Shown piece by piece: positions 36,338-45,934 of a stretch of 64,000 bases of DNA. The DNA is from a virus (Duplodnaviria > Caudoviricetes). Below the pieces are notes generated by a model. The model was not told where the DNA came from, did no database searches, and was given only the letters and a program-made list of their open reading frames with translations. Location of the stretch: the IMG/VR virus record IMGVR_UViG_2824233761_000002, positions 7,054-71,053 of that record; one strand, given 5' to 3'. The translations under genes and the position numbers were made by a program. Each line of letters opens with the position of its first letter. Within the stretch, counting starts at the first letter, position 1.

Positions 36338-37939
36338 GTGTCCACCGCCGCCCGTGACGACCTCTGGATCGACTTCCTCGAAGACGGCCTCGTCGGCCTC
36401 CGCGGCCGCGACCCCGACCCCGCCGACACCGGCGCCCCGGTCAAGACCTGGACCACGCCCGGCGAGCTCGCCCGCGACCTCGACCCCACCACCCGCCAGA
36501 CCCCCGCACTCGACGCCATCGACTCCGCTCTGGTGGACGTCGACGCAGGCCGATGCGACCGGCTGATCATCACGATGCCCCCGCAGGAGGGGAAGACCAC
36601 CCGCGTCAAGGCCGGCGTGCTGTGGATGATGACCCGCAACAAGCGCCGCCGCGTCGTCGCCGTCTCCTACGGCAAGGACCTCGCGATCGAGTTCGGCCGC
36701 GACGTCCGGTCCTGGATCACCACCTCGACCGGCGTCGACGGCGCCGCGAACCTCGGGATCCGCATCGCACGCGACAACGGGTCCGTCTCGAACTGGACCC
36801 TCGAAGGGCACCGCGGCGGCCTCCGCAGCGTCGGCATCGGCGGCGGCATCACCGGCCGGCCCGCCGACGTGATGGTCATCGACGACCCGATCAAGAACCG
36901 CGAGGAAGCGGACTCCGAGGTCTACCGCGCGAAGGTCCAGCGGTACTGGACCAGCACGCTGTCCACCCGCCTGGCCCCCGGCGCGCCGGTGATCGTGATC
37001 CTCACCCGCTGGCACGAGGAAGACCTCGCCGGGTGGCTGCTGAAGCGGCCCGACGGGCACCGGTGGCGGGTCGTGAACATCCCGGCCCAGGCCGACCACG
37101 ACCCGAACGCCGGCGAGACCGACATCCTGGGGCGCGAGCCGGGCGAGTACATGGTCTCGGCGCGGATCGACGAGCGCACCGGACAGCCCCGCACCGCGAA
37201 GGACTGGGAGCAGATCAAGGTCCAGGCCGGGTCGGCGGACTGGGAGTCGCTGTACCAGGGCAACCCGTCCCCGCCGTCGGGCAACATCGTGCACCGCGAC
37301 TGGTGGAAGTACTACGCGAGCCCGTTGTGGATCGTCCGCGATGACGGTGCGCACATCGTGACCGAGTACGACGTGATGCTGATGTCGTGGGATATGGCGT
37401 TCAAGGACACCGACGCCTCCGACTACGTCGTCGGGCAGGTCTGGATGCGCCGGGGCGCCCGGGCGTACCTGCTCGACCAGGTCCGCGGCCGGATGTCGTT
37501 CGTCGAGACCCGGCGCCGGTTCAAGTCGTTCGCCGCGAAGTGGCCCCAGGCGATCGCGAAGCTGGTCGAGGACAAGGCCAACGGCACGGCGGTCATCAAC
37601 AGCCTCGAGATGACGGTCGGCGGGATCATCCCCGAGGACCCCGGGAACAAGGGGAAGTCGGCGCGGCTGCAGGCGGTCTCGCCGTTCATCGAGGCCGGGA
37701 ACGTGTGGCTCCCGGATCCGGCGCTGCTCAACCCCTCGACCGGTGAGCCGTGGGCGCCGTGGGTGGACGGGTTCGTCGAGGAGCACGCCGCGTTCCCGTC
37801 CGGGTCGAACGATGACCAGGTCGACGCGGACTCGCAGGCGCTGAACCGGCTGCTGCTGCAGCCGCTGCTAACCGGCGAGACGTACGACGAGGACGACCTC
37901 GACGACGAGCTGGCGGACTACGCGATCAGCCACTGGTGA
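36338..37939 (+). CDS. terL: Terminase large subunit
   Basis: MPPQEGKT Walker A, VIDDPIK Walker B, ILTRWHEEDLAG, SWDMA, VEDKANG, NDDQVDA. Confidence 0.95.
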   Translation: MSTAARDDLWIDFLEDGLVGLRGRDPDPADTGAPVKTWTTPGELARDLDPTTRQTPALDAIDSALVDVDAGRCDRLIITMPPQEGKTTRVKAGVLWMMTRNKRRRVVAVSYGKDLAIEFGRDVRSWITTSTGVDGAANLGIRIARDNGSVSNWTLEGHRGGLRSVGIGGGITGRPADVMVIDDPIKNREEADSEVYRAKVQRYWTSTLSTRLAPGAPVIVILTRWHEEDLAGWLLKRPDGHRWRVVNIPAQADHDPNAGETDILGREPGEYMVSARIDERTGQPRTAKDWEQIKVQAGSADWESLYQGNPSPPSGNIVHRDWWKYYASPLWIVRDDGAHIVTEYDVMLMSWDMAFKDTDASDYVVGQVWMRRGARAYLLDQVRGRMSFVETRRRFKSFAAKWPQAIAKLVEDKANGTAVINSLEMTVGGIIPEDPGNKGKSARLQAVSPFIEAGNVWLPDPALLNPSTGEPWAPWVDGFVEEHAAFPSGSNDDQVDADSQALNRLLLQPLLTGETYDEDDLDDELADYAISHW

Positions 37940-37996
37940 CCTGCTGAAGATCCCCCACTCTCAGCCCAGATCCTCCGAAGTTGCGCACGAGAGGCG

Positions 37997-39652
37997 GTGA
38001 CTGCGGTGACGCTCGTCGAGACCACCCCCGAACCGTCGTACGACGACCTCGTCGTCGAGCTCGGCGCCGTGCGCGAGTGGAACGGCGTCCTCGAAGAGGC
38101 AATCTCCGACCTCGAGCTCGCCGCCGACGAACGCGGCTGGCGGCTCGCCTCGATGCAGCTCGAGCAGGAGTTCTCCCGCCAGGGCCTCGAGCGGATCGTG
38201 GAGAACTGCCGCGTCGCCGCTATCGCCTCGCCGCTGATCAAGCGCGGCATGAAGCTCCGCGTCGGCTACGTGTGGTCCCAGGGCGTGTCCGTGCAGGCGC
38301 GGGCCGGCGAGGCGGAGGCCGCGAAGGGCGGCCAGGACGTCAACGCGGTCGTGCAGGCTTTCTGGGATGACCAGTCCAACCAGGTCTCCCTGACCTCGTC
38401 CGAGGCGGCCGAGACCAACGAGTGGGGGCTCGGCACCGACGGCCAGATCGTGTTCGCGTTCTTCACCGACCCACTCACCGGCCGCGTGCAGGTCCGCACC
38501 ACGCCGTTCCAGGAGATCACCGACAAGATCTCCAACCCGAACGACCGCGACGAGGTGTGGTTCTACGCCCGCTCCTACACGGTCCGCGTGATCGAGCCCG
38601 GCTACTCCGGCCTGACCCGGTCCAGGGTGGAGACCCGCCGGGTGCTGCACCCCGACCTGCGGTTCTGGCCGGCGCAGCGGCCGAAGAGCATCGACGGGAT
38701 CCCGGTGCTGTGGGACCAGCCGCTGCTGCACGTGACGGTGAACCGGCCGGCGCACTGGAAGTGGGGCATCCCGGACGTCTACGCGGCGCTGCCGTGGGCG
38801 CGGGCGTACGAGGGGATCCTGACCGACTGGGCGAAGCTGGTGAAGGCCCTGTCGAAGTTCGCGTGGCGGCTCACCGGCGACCGGTCCAGCAAGGCGCGGC
38901 GGGCGGCGGAGAAGCTCGCGCACGCGCTCCCCACGCGCATCGACGCCGACGCGGCGCTGCTCGGCGCCGGCACCGTCGGCGACGTCGCCGCGATGGGCCC
39001 GGGCGTGAACCTCGAGGCCATCCCGAAGTCCGGGGCGACCATCGACGCCGACGCCGGGAAGCCGCTCGCCAGCCTCGTGGCCGCGGCGCTCGGGGTCTCG
39101 GTGGTCGACCTGCTCGCCGACCCGGGCGTCACCGGGGCGCGCGCGGTCGCCGAGACGATGGACAAGGGCATCGTCGGGGAGATGAACCTGCGCCGCGCGA
39201 CGTGGCGGTCGGTCATCCAGACCATCACGACCTACGTGATCGAGCAGGCCGTCCGGGCGCCGCGCGGGCCACTGTCCGGGACGGTGGTGCGGGACCCGCG
39301 GACCGGGGTGGAGACCATCACCCTGGCCGGCGGCACCGAGTCGACGGTCGAGGTCGTGTTCCCCGACCTCAACGAGCTGGACCCGGTGAAGCTCGTCGGG
39401 GCGATCGTCGAGGCCGACTCCACCGGGAAGCTCGGCACGCCGCGGCTGGTCGCGCAGCTGCTGATGCGGGCGCTGCAGGTCGACGACGTCGACGAGCTGC
39501 TCGACGCGATGTTCGACGAGGACGGCCAGTGGCTGCCGGGGATGGACCCCGCGCCCCGCTCCCGCACCGCGGGCGAGGAGCTGCTGCGGCGTCACGACCG
39601 CGGCGAGGACCCGCTCGACGACCCCGACGGCGGGCCCGAGGACGAGCAGTAG
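37997..39652 (+). CDS. Portal protein
   Basis: 551 aa directly after terL; SPLIKRG; KWGIPD motif. Confidence 0.85.
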   Translation: MTAVTLVETTPEPSYDDLVVELGAVREWNGVLEEAISDLELAADERGWRLASMQLEQEFSRQGLERIVENCRVAAIASPLIKRGMKLRVGYVWSQGVSVQARAGEAEAAKGGQDVNAVVQAFWDDQSNQVSLTSSEAAETNEWGLGTDGQIVFAFFTDPLTGRVQVRTTPFQEITDKISNPNDRDEVWFYARSYTVRVIEPGYSGLTRSRVETRRVLHPDLRFWPAQRPKSIDGIPVLWDQPLLHVTVNRPAHWKWGIPDVYAALPWARAYEGILTDWAKLVKALSKFAWRLTGDRSSKARRAAEKLAHALPTRIDADAALLGAGTVGDVAAMGPGVNLEAIPKSGATIDADAGKPLASLVAAALGVSVVDLLADPGVTGARAVAETMDKGIVGEMNLRRATWRSVIQTITTYVIEQAVRAPRGPLSGTVVRDPRTGVETITLAGGTESTVEVVFPDLNELDPVKLVGAIVEADSTGKLGTPRLVAQLLMRALQVDDVDELLDAMFDEDGQWLPGMDPAPRSRTAGEELLRRHDRGEDPLDDPDGGPEDEQ

Positions 39653-39661
39653 CCGCCGGCG

Positions 39662-41314
39662 ATGGCGAGCAGGCGTGAGACCCGGCGCCTGCAGCGTCAG
39701 CTCGACGCGCAGCTGCGGAGGCTGACCGATCAGGTCGAGCGGGACCTGATCCGTGCGTGGGCGATGGCGTGGGACGAGACGTCGACGGACCTGACGGCGC
39801 TGCTGGTCGACCTGCTGACCGCCGGCGAGCAGGTCACCGTGGCCCAGCTGCTGATGGCGACCCGGCTGCGGCGGGCGCTGGCCGAGGTCGCCGACCGGCT
39901 GGAGCGGCTCACGGCGTACGCCGGCGTCCGGGTCACCCAGGATCTGCGGCGCGTGGTCGACATGGCCGGCGGCGCGCAGGCCTCGATCATCGACTCCCAG
40001 CTCCCCTCGGGCAGCGGCTTGGTCGACCTGGAGTCGTGGGCGCGTGTCGACCCGCGGCAGGTCGAGGCGATCGTGGCCAGGTCGACGCAGCAGATCACCT
40101 CGCGGATGCGGCCGGTGTCGGCGTCGGCGTACGACGTGATGCGGCGCGAGCTGATCCGTGGCGTGGTCTCCGGGTCGAACCCGAGGGTCGTTGCGCGGCG
40201 GATGGTGGCCCGGGCGCGGGAGCCGTTCGCTGGCGGGCTGACGCGGGCGCTGACGATCGCGCGGACCGAGATGCTCGACGCGCACCGGGCCGGCGCCCGG
40301 GCCGGGCAGGCGCGGCACGCCGAGGTCCTGCGGGGCTGGATGTGGCTCGCGTCGCTGTCCACGCGGACCTGCCCGGCGTGCCTGGGCATGCACGGGCAGG
40401 TGTTCGACCTCGACGTGCCGGGCCCGGACGGTCACCAGAACTGCCGGTGCGCGCGGATGCCCGTTGTGCGGCCGTGGACCGAGCTCGGGTTCGACGGGAT
40501 CGAGGAGCCGGGCCCGTTGGCGCCGGACGCGGACGGGTTCTTCGCCGGGCTGACCCCGCGGGAGCAACAGGCGATCCTCGGGCCGCGTGGCTACCAGGCG
40601 TGGCTGGCGGGCCGGTGGCCGCGGTCGAAGTGGGGCGTACGTCGCTCGAACGACGGGTGGCGGGACTCGGTGGTGCCCGGGAAGCCGCCGCGGCTGCCGG
40701 GCGGGACCGCTGGGCGGCCGCCGCTTCCGCCGGCTCGCGCGCCGCGCGGGCTCGACGACGATCCGGCCCAGCGCGCGGCGGACGCGATCATCGCGCGGGC
40801 GACGAACGCCGAGCCCGCGGTGACGAAGCTCGTTCAGGAGGTCGCAGCCACCGCGGGCGGGCGGCTGGAGCGGCTGGAGTTCCGGCTGAAGAGTCGGGCG
40901 TCGATCGTCGACAAGCTCACCCGCCCCGGCGTCGACCTCGCGGAGGCCGCCGAGAAGATCAAGGACTCGCTGCGCTACACGATCGTGATCCCGCGGCGGA
41001 AGTACGCGCGCGGCGGGCAGAGCGCCCGCGACGCGCTGGCCGAGGCCGGGTACGTGCTCGTCAAGTCACCGGCCGGCTGGCCCGGGGCGGGCTACCGCGG
41101 CGTCAACCTCGCTGTGCGGGCGCCCGACGGGACCGTGTTCGAGGTGCAGCTCCACACCGCCGCGAGCCTGCGCGCCGCCGAGGCCGCACACCTGATCTAC
41201 GAGGAGCAGCGGCGTCTGCCAGTCGGATCGAAGCGGTGGCTGGAGCTGGAGGCGGAGATGGCGAAGATCTTCAACTCGGTGCCCTGGCCGCCCGGCCTGC
41301 CGCGGATAGACTGA
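39662..41314 (+). CDS. MuF-like minor head protein fused to a RelA/SpoT-like (SAS) toxin domain
   Basis: MuF: TIARTEM, WLASLSTRTCPAC..MHG, HQNCRC; C-terminus: RLKSRASIVDK, DSLRY, GYRGVN, FEVQLHT. Confidence 0.85.
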   Translation: MASRRETRRLQRQLDAQLRRLTDQVERDLIRAWAMAWDETSTDLTALLVDLLTAGEQVTVAQLLMATRLRRALAEVADRLERLTAYAGVRVTQDLRRVVDMAGGAQASIIDSQLPSGSGLVDLESWARVDPRQVEAIVARSTQQITSRMRPVSASAYDVMRRELIRGVVSGSNPRVVARRMVARAREPFAGGLTRALTIARTEMLDAHRAGARAGQARHAEVLRGWMWLASLSTRTCPACLGMHGQVFDLDVPGPDGHQNCRCARMPVVRPWTELGFDGIEEPGPLAPDADGFFAGLTPREQQAILGPRGYQAWLAGRWPRSKWGVRRSNDGWRDSVVPGKPPRLPGGTAGRPPLPPARAPRGLDDDPAQRAADAIIARATNAEPAVTKLVQEVAATAGGRLERLEFRLKSRASIVDKLTRPGVDLAEAAEKIKDSLRYTIVIPRRKYARGGQSARDALAEAGYVLVKSPAGWPGAGYRGVNLAVRAPDGTVFEVQLHTAASLRAAEAAHLIYEEQRRLPVGSKRWLELEAEMAKIFNSVPWPPGLPRID

Positions 41315-41318
41315 GACC

Positions 41319-41531
41319 ATGCGGTACTGGCGGACCCCCCTCGTGAGCGGTGGCCATCTGTACGCGCGCACGTATCCCAGCGGCTACCGGGCCGATCGGA
41401 AGTCCCCAGGCGGCGACTGGGTCCGCGACGACTACCTGTGGTCGGAGATCCGGAACACCGGCGAGTGGGAGCCCGCCGCGGCCGCTGAGGTCGCGGCGTT
41501 CGAGGCTGCCCGGCTCGCGGCTGCGTCCTGA
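41319..41531 (+). CDS. Candidate immunity protein of the MuF toxin
   Basis: 70-aa ORF 4 nt after the toxin stop; aromatic/acidic. Confidence 0.55.
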   Translation: MRYWRTPLVSGGHLYARTYPSGYRADRKSPGGDWVRDDYLWSEIRNTGEWEPAAAAEVAAFEAARLAAAS

Positions 41532-41550
41532 CCGGGGTCTGACCCGGGTT

Positions 41551-41724
41551 CTAGAGCGGCGGCCGGCGGGGGTCGTCGCCGGCTGACGGCATGTAGGCCG
41601 TCGCGTCGCACCACTCACACTTCTCGACCATCGCGAGCCCGCCACGCCCGCCGGGCGCGAGCTCGGCGAGCACGAAGTTGTGCGCGCCCGTCGGCGACGT
41701 GCACTCGCCGTCGTCGTATCCCAC
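41551..41724 (-). CDS. Small antisense zinc-binding protein
   Basis: TAGCGT 7 nt before GTG (leaderless); C..H..CEWC motif. Confidence 0.4.
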   Translation of the reverse strand: MGYDDGECTSPTGAHNFVLAELAPGGRGGLAMVEKCEWCDATAYMPSAGDDPRRPPL

Positions 41725-41769
41725 CCGCCGCACGCTACCCGCCATGCCCTCGACAAGGGAGGTCCCGTC

Positions 41770-43068
41770 ATGCCCAAGCTCGTCCAGGAGACCGGCCGCA
41801 TCACCGAGGCCGCCGTCGCCGCGGCGAAGAAGACCGGCCGCCTCCCCGTCCAGCTCGTCTCCCCCGGGATGGGCTCGTCCGGCTACTACTCCGCCGAGGT
41901 CCTCGAGCAGGCCGTCACCGACGGCCTGTTCCCCGCCGGGATGCAGATGTTCGCCGACCACCCCACCGCTGAGGAGGCCAAGGCCCGCCCCGTGCGGTCG
42001 ATCAAGGACCTCGTCTCGGTCAGCGTCACCGAGGCCCGGATCGCGACCGACGACGACGTCGCATCGTGGGGCGCCGACCCGGGCGCCGTGGTCACCGAGG
42101 CCGACATCGCTCCGGCCTGGCGCGACCTGGTCGAGAACTTCTCGACCGCGATCGGGCTCTCGATCCGCGGCGACGGCGAGCTGGCCGAGGGCGTCATCGA
42201 CGGGAAGCAGACCAAGATCGTCGAGTCCCTGGTGCACATCCAGTCCACCGACTGGGTCACCCGGGCCGGCCGCGGCGGGAAGGTCCTCTCCCTCGTCGAG
42301 TCCGCTCGCGCGAACGCCCGCGCGATCGAGCACGGCATCGACGAGGCCACCGTCAACGACACCCGCGAGGCCCTGCAGACCGCGCTCCGCGACGCATACG
42401 CGGCCGCCGACCGCGTCTGGGTGTACGTCCGCGACTTCGACGAGTCGACCGTCTGGTTCGAGATCGAAGGCGCGGGCGCCGGCGACAACGCCGGCACCTA
42501 CGGCCAGGCGTACGCCACCGCGAGCAACGGCGCGATCGCGCTGTCCGGGACGCGCACCGAGGTGCGGGTCCAGACCCAGTTCGTCCCGGTCACCCGGCCG
42601 GGCAGCACCACACCCACCACCGAGGAGTCCGAGGAGGACACCATGGGCAAGATCCAGCTCGAGGAGGCGGAGCACTCCGCGCTCACCGAGAAGGCCGGCC
42701 GGGTGGACGCTCTCCTGGAGGAGAACGCGACCCTGAAGGCCGAGAACACCTCCCTCAAGGAGGCCGACGCCACGCGCACGCGGAACGCGCGCGCCGGCGA
42801 GATCGTCGAAGCGCGCGCCAAGGAGGCTGGCGTCTCCTACTCGCCGCTCGAGGTCAAGGGCCTGTGCGTCGACCTCCCGGTGACGGAGGACGGCGCGCTC
42901 GACGAGGCGGCGTTCACGAAGGCCGTCGACGAGGACGCCGCGGGCCGGAAGGCCGCTGGCGGCGCCGGCAAGGTCATCGGGCACGGCGGGGCACCGTCCG
43001 GCGGCGGCACCGTCACGTGGGCGGAGATCGACGAGGCCGCAGGCCTCAGTGAGAAGAAGGGGGCCTGA
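41770..43068 (+). CDS. Capsid maturation protease / scaffold
   Basis: MFADHPT, IGLSIRG, STDWVTRAGRGG; helical scaffold-like C-terminus. Confidence 0.8.
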   Translation: MPKLVQETGRITEAAVAAAKKTGRLPVQLVSPGMGSSGYYSAEVLEQAVTDGLFPAGMQMFADHPTAEEAKARPVRSIKDLVSVSVTEARIATDDDVASWGADPGAVVTEADIAPAWRDLVENFSTAIGLSIRGDGELAEGVIDGKQTKIVESLVHIQSTDWVTRAGRGGKVLSLVESARANARAIEHGIDEATVNDTREALQTALRDAYAAADRVWVYVRDFDESTVWFEIEGAGAGDNAGTYGQAYATASNGAIALSGTRTEVRVQTQFVPVTRPGSTTPTTEESEEDTMGKIQLEEAEHSALTEKAGRVDALLEENATLKAENTSLKEADATRTRNARAGEIVEARAKEAGVSYSPLEVKGLCVDLPVTEDGALDEAAFTKAVDEDAAGRKAAGGAGKVIGHGGAPSGGGTVTWAEIDEAAGLSEKKGA

Positions 43069-43070
43069 TC

Positions 43071-43475
43071 ATGGCCAAGAACTGCATCCTCGCCCCGACC
43101 GAGCCGGCCCGGGTCCTCCCGGTCCCCGCCGGCACGGTCTCCGGGGCACCGGTGAAGGTCGGCGGGTTCGTCGGCGTCGCCGCGGCCGACCGCGCCGACG
43201 CCGCCACGAAGAAGGGCGCCGTGGGCTGCCCCGACGGGTACGCCCCGGTCGAGGTCACCGGCCTGTGGGAGGTCAAGGTCCCCGAGGTCGTCGCCGCGGC
43301 CGGCACCGCGATCTACATCAAGGCCGACCAAACCCTCACCACCACCGCGACCGACAACACCCTGTTCGGTCACACCGAGCCCATCATCCAGCGCGGCGTC
43401 CCCATCGGCGCGACCAAGGTCGTCGACTCCGGCGGCGTACAGGGCACCGTCTACGTCCGTCCCGTGAAGGTCTGA
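43071..43475 (+). CDS. Capsid decoration (DUF2190-like) protein
   Basis: VSGAPVKVGGFVGVA, VTGLWEV, AGTAIY. Confidence 0.75.
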   Translation: MAKNCILAPTEPARVLPVPAGTVSGAPVKVGGFVGVAAADRADAATKKGAVGCPDGYAPVEVTGLWEVKVPEVVAAAGTAIYIKADQTLTTTATDNTLFGHTEPIIQRGVPIGATKVVDSGGVQGTVYVRPVKV

Positions 43476-43487
43476 GGAGGCCCCGCG

Positions 43488-44618
43488 ATGAACATGTCCC
43501 TTCTCGAGATCGCCGAGTCGATCTCCCAGGAGACCTCCGGCACCACGCCGGCGTCCTACCGGCGCCGCCTCGAGGCCCGCCCGGGCCTGATGGAGACCGC
43601 GCTCGGCATGGCCAAGCTCATCGGCCACTACCGCGAGGGCTCCTCGCGGGCCGCGCTGGAGATCAACGAGGCCCTCACCACCAGCGACCTGGCGCAGTAC
43701 GCGTCCGGGATGCTGATCGACCGGGAGATCCAGCAGAACTACCCGGCGCTGCCCACGCAGTGGCCGAAGTTCCTGACCCCGACCACGGTGAAGGACTTCA
43801 AGCCGAAGTACATGAGCGAGCTCGTGCTCGGCGCGCAGGTCTTCAAGGATGTCCCGGAGCGGACCGGCTATCCGATGGCGAAGGGCCCGCGGCTCGCGGA
43901 GTACCCGATCAGCGCGAAGAAGACCGGTCTGATGTACGGCTGGTCGTTCGAGGCGCGGATCAACGACGACCTCGACCAGTTGCTGATGGTGCCGAACGCG
44001 TTCCCGCAGATGGCGGTGGACACCGAGGACGACCGTGGCCTGCGGCTGCTGATCAACCTGGAGACCGGTGCGCTGAACACCGGCTTCTTCAACGCCGGGA
44101 ACGGCAACGTCGGCACCCTGAAGCTGAACCCGACGAACCTGCAGACGGTCGTGACGTCGCTGCGGACGAAGCGGGATCCCGACACCGGCACGATCATCCC
44201 GTCGGGTCGGCTGCAGCTGGTGGTCGGCTACGCCCTGGAGGCGGAGGCCGAGCGGATCCTCGCGGCGGAGAAGCTGCTGGTCTCCGACGGGAACGGCGGC
44301 TACCGCGAGGAGCCGAACCCGCTGCGCGGCAAGGTCGACCTGGTCGTGAACGAGAAGCAGCTCGGTGAGTCGTGGATCGTGATGCCGAAGCCGGGCACCG
44401 CGATCCGGGCGCCGTTCTGGTTCGCGAAGCTCCGCGGCTACGAGTCGCCGGACTTCCGCTACAAGGCGGACGGCGGCCGGTCGATGGGCGGCGGGGACGT
44501 CGTGGCCACGGAGGGGTCGTTCGACGACGACACCGTGTGGTTCCGCGGCCGGCACATCATGGGCGCCGCGCACGGCGACCCGACGCTGACCTACGGGTCC
44601 GACAACAGCGGCGTCTGA
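43488..44618 (+). CDS. Major capsid protein (Mu gpT-like)
   Basis: EALTTSDL, VKDFKP, SFEARINDDL; position after scaffold and cement genes. Confidence 0.85.
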   Translation: MNMSLLEIAESISQETSGTTPASYRRRLEARPGLMETALGMAKLIGHYREGSSRAALEINEALTTSDLAQYASGMLIDREIQQNYPALPTQWPKFLTPTTVKDFKPKYMSELVLGAQVFKDVPERTGYPMAKGPRLAEYPISAKKTGLMYGWSFEARINDDLDQLLMVPNAFPQMAVDTEDDRGLRLLINLETGALNTGFFNAGNGNVGTLKLNPTNLQTVVTSLRTKRDPDTGTIIPSGRLQLVVGYALEAEAERILAAEKLLVSDGNGGYREEPNPLRGKVDLVVNEKQLGESWIVMPKPGTAIRAPFWFAKLRGYESPDFRYKADGGRSMGGGDVVATEGSFDDDTVWFRGRHIMGAAHGDPTLTYGSDNSGV

Positions 44619-44628
44619 GGAGGACGGC

Positions 44629-44916
44629 ATGGCTGAGAAGAAGATCGAGGGTCGGCACCTGCTGACGGAGAAGGACTTCCGTGAGGTCGTCGGCCCGGAC
44701 GGCGAGGAGCTGCCGTCGGTGCCGAAGCACTGGGGCGAGGACCAGCTCGCGCCGGGCGCGAAGTTCAAGGCGAGGTCCGGGCGGTCCAGCGGCTCCGGCT
44801 CGTCGGGCTCGGGCGGCAGCGGCAGCACGGGCGCCACCGGGGCGACCGGCGCCACCGGCGCGACCGGGGCGACCGGCGCCACCGGCTCGTCGGGCTCGGG
44901 CGGCAGCGGCAGCTGA
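44629..44916 (+). CDS. Small virion protein with (GAT)n / Gly-Ser tail
   Basis: RBS GGAGG; C-terminal TGATGATGATGATGATGATG flanked by GSSGSGGSGS. Confidence 0.7.
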   Translation: MAEKKIEGRHLLTEKDFREVVGPDGEELPSVPKHWGEDQLAPGAKFKARSGRSSGSGSSGSGGSGSTGATGATGATGATGATGATGSSGSGGSGS

Positions 44917-44995
44917 CCGCACCCCCCTTTGGTGGGCGGAGTGGTGACCCGCCCCGCCCACCAGCACCACCCACGACTCTCGAGAGGAGGCCGCC

Positions 44996-45391
44996 GTGGC
45001 CGAGTCGACCTACACCTACGTGCTGACCGAGCCGGCCGGCCAGGTCCGTCTCCTCCTCAACGACATCCCGGTCGGCGACCCCGCCACCGCGGTGTTCTCT
45101 GACGCCGAGATCGACGCGTTCCTCGCCCTCGAAGGCGACAGCGTGAAGCGCGCGGCCGCGCAGGCGATCGACACAAACGCCACCAACGAGGCGCTCGCCT
45201 CGAAGGTGCTCCGCACCCAGGACCTGCAGACTGACGGCGCGAAGCTCGCCGACGCCATGCGCAAGCACGCCGCCGCGCTGCGCGCCCAGGCCGACGACGA
45301 GGACGAGAACGACGGGTTCTTCTTCGAGGTCCTCCCCCTCACCGGCGCCCCGTGCCGCACCGAGCGCACCCAGTACCCCTACGGCTGCTGA
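44996..45391 (+). CDS. Head-tail connector protein
   Basis: GQVRLLLND, VFSDAEIDAFL, KVLRTQDLQTDG. Confidence 0.8.
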   Translation: MAESTYTYVLTEPAGQVRLLLNDIPVGDPATAVFSDAEIDAFLALEGDSVKRAAAQAIDTNATNEALASKVLRTQDLQTDGAKLADAMRKHAAALRAQADDEDENDGFFFEVLPLTGAPCRTERTQYPYGC

Positions 45392-45828
45392 TGCCCCGCC
45401 CGACGCGCGCCCACGGCCGTCCCGACACCGAGGTCATCCCCACCGACTGGGCTGCGTCGCATCGGCCGGTCGCGGAGAAGACGATGCGCGCCGCGACCGT
45501 CGAGCTGCGCCACCCCGGCACCACTCAGGCATGGGACCCGGGCGCCGAGCAGATGGTCGATGTCCCGCGGGCGCCGTACTGGACCGGCACGGCGCGGGTG
45601 CAGATGCTCGCGACCCGAGACCAGGTGAACGTCGTCGTCGGCGACGTCGAGTACGTCGCCCAGTACCGGATCGTCGTCCCGGCCGCCGTGGCGCCGACGC
45701 CGGCGGATCTGTGCACGGTCACGGTCGTCGACGACGCCGTGCTGGCCGGCCGGACGCTCACCGTCGGGCTGGTCGCGACGGGGTCTCTGATCTGGGAGCG
45801 CGACGTGTACGCCGCGCTCGTCTCCTGA
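45391..45828 (+). CDS. Head-tail adaptor (DUF6093-like)
   Basis: YWTGTARVQ, YRIVVPA, TVTVVDD...GRTLTV; synteny. Confidence 0.7.
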   Translation: MPRPTRAHGRPDTEVIPTDWAASHRPVAEKTMRAATVELRHPGTTQAWDPGAEQMVDVPRAPYWTGTARVQMLATRDQVNVVVGDVEYVAQYRIVVPAAVAPTPADLCTVTVVDDAVLAGRTLTVGLVATGSLIWERDVYAALVS

Positions 45829-45841
45829 CCTCCTTCCGTCC

Positions 45842-45886
45842 ACGGCTCCCCCGGCTCCCCCGGCTCCCGCGGCTCCCGCGGCTCCC
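45842..45886. repeat. 9-bp tandem repeat CGGCTCCC(C/G) x5
   Basis: Directly visible in the intergenic region. Confidence 0.85.
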
Positions 45887-45934
45887 GTGCGGGCCGGGTT
45901 GCACGCGTCCCGACCAGTCCTGAGGAGGGCCGTG

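Noticed and set aside
37961-40567. 868-aa minus-strand ORF, and similar long Arg/Pro/Gly-rich ORFs (e.g. 3616-6099 +, 49874-52408 -, 61074-62957 +)
   Set aside because: Alternative-frame artefacts of high GC overlapping well-supported genes (portal, MuF, TMP, HTH proteins)
41732-41756. TGTCGA...TAGCGT upstream of the antisense micro-gene as a PafBC site
   Set aside because: 12-nt spacer and a mismatch
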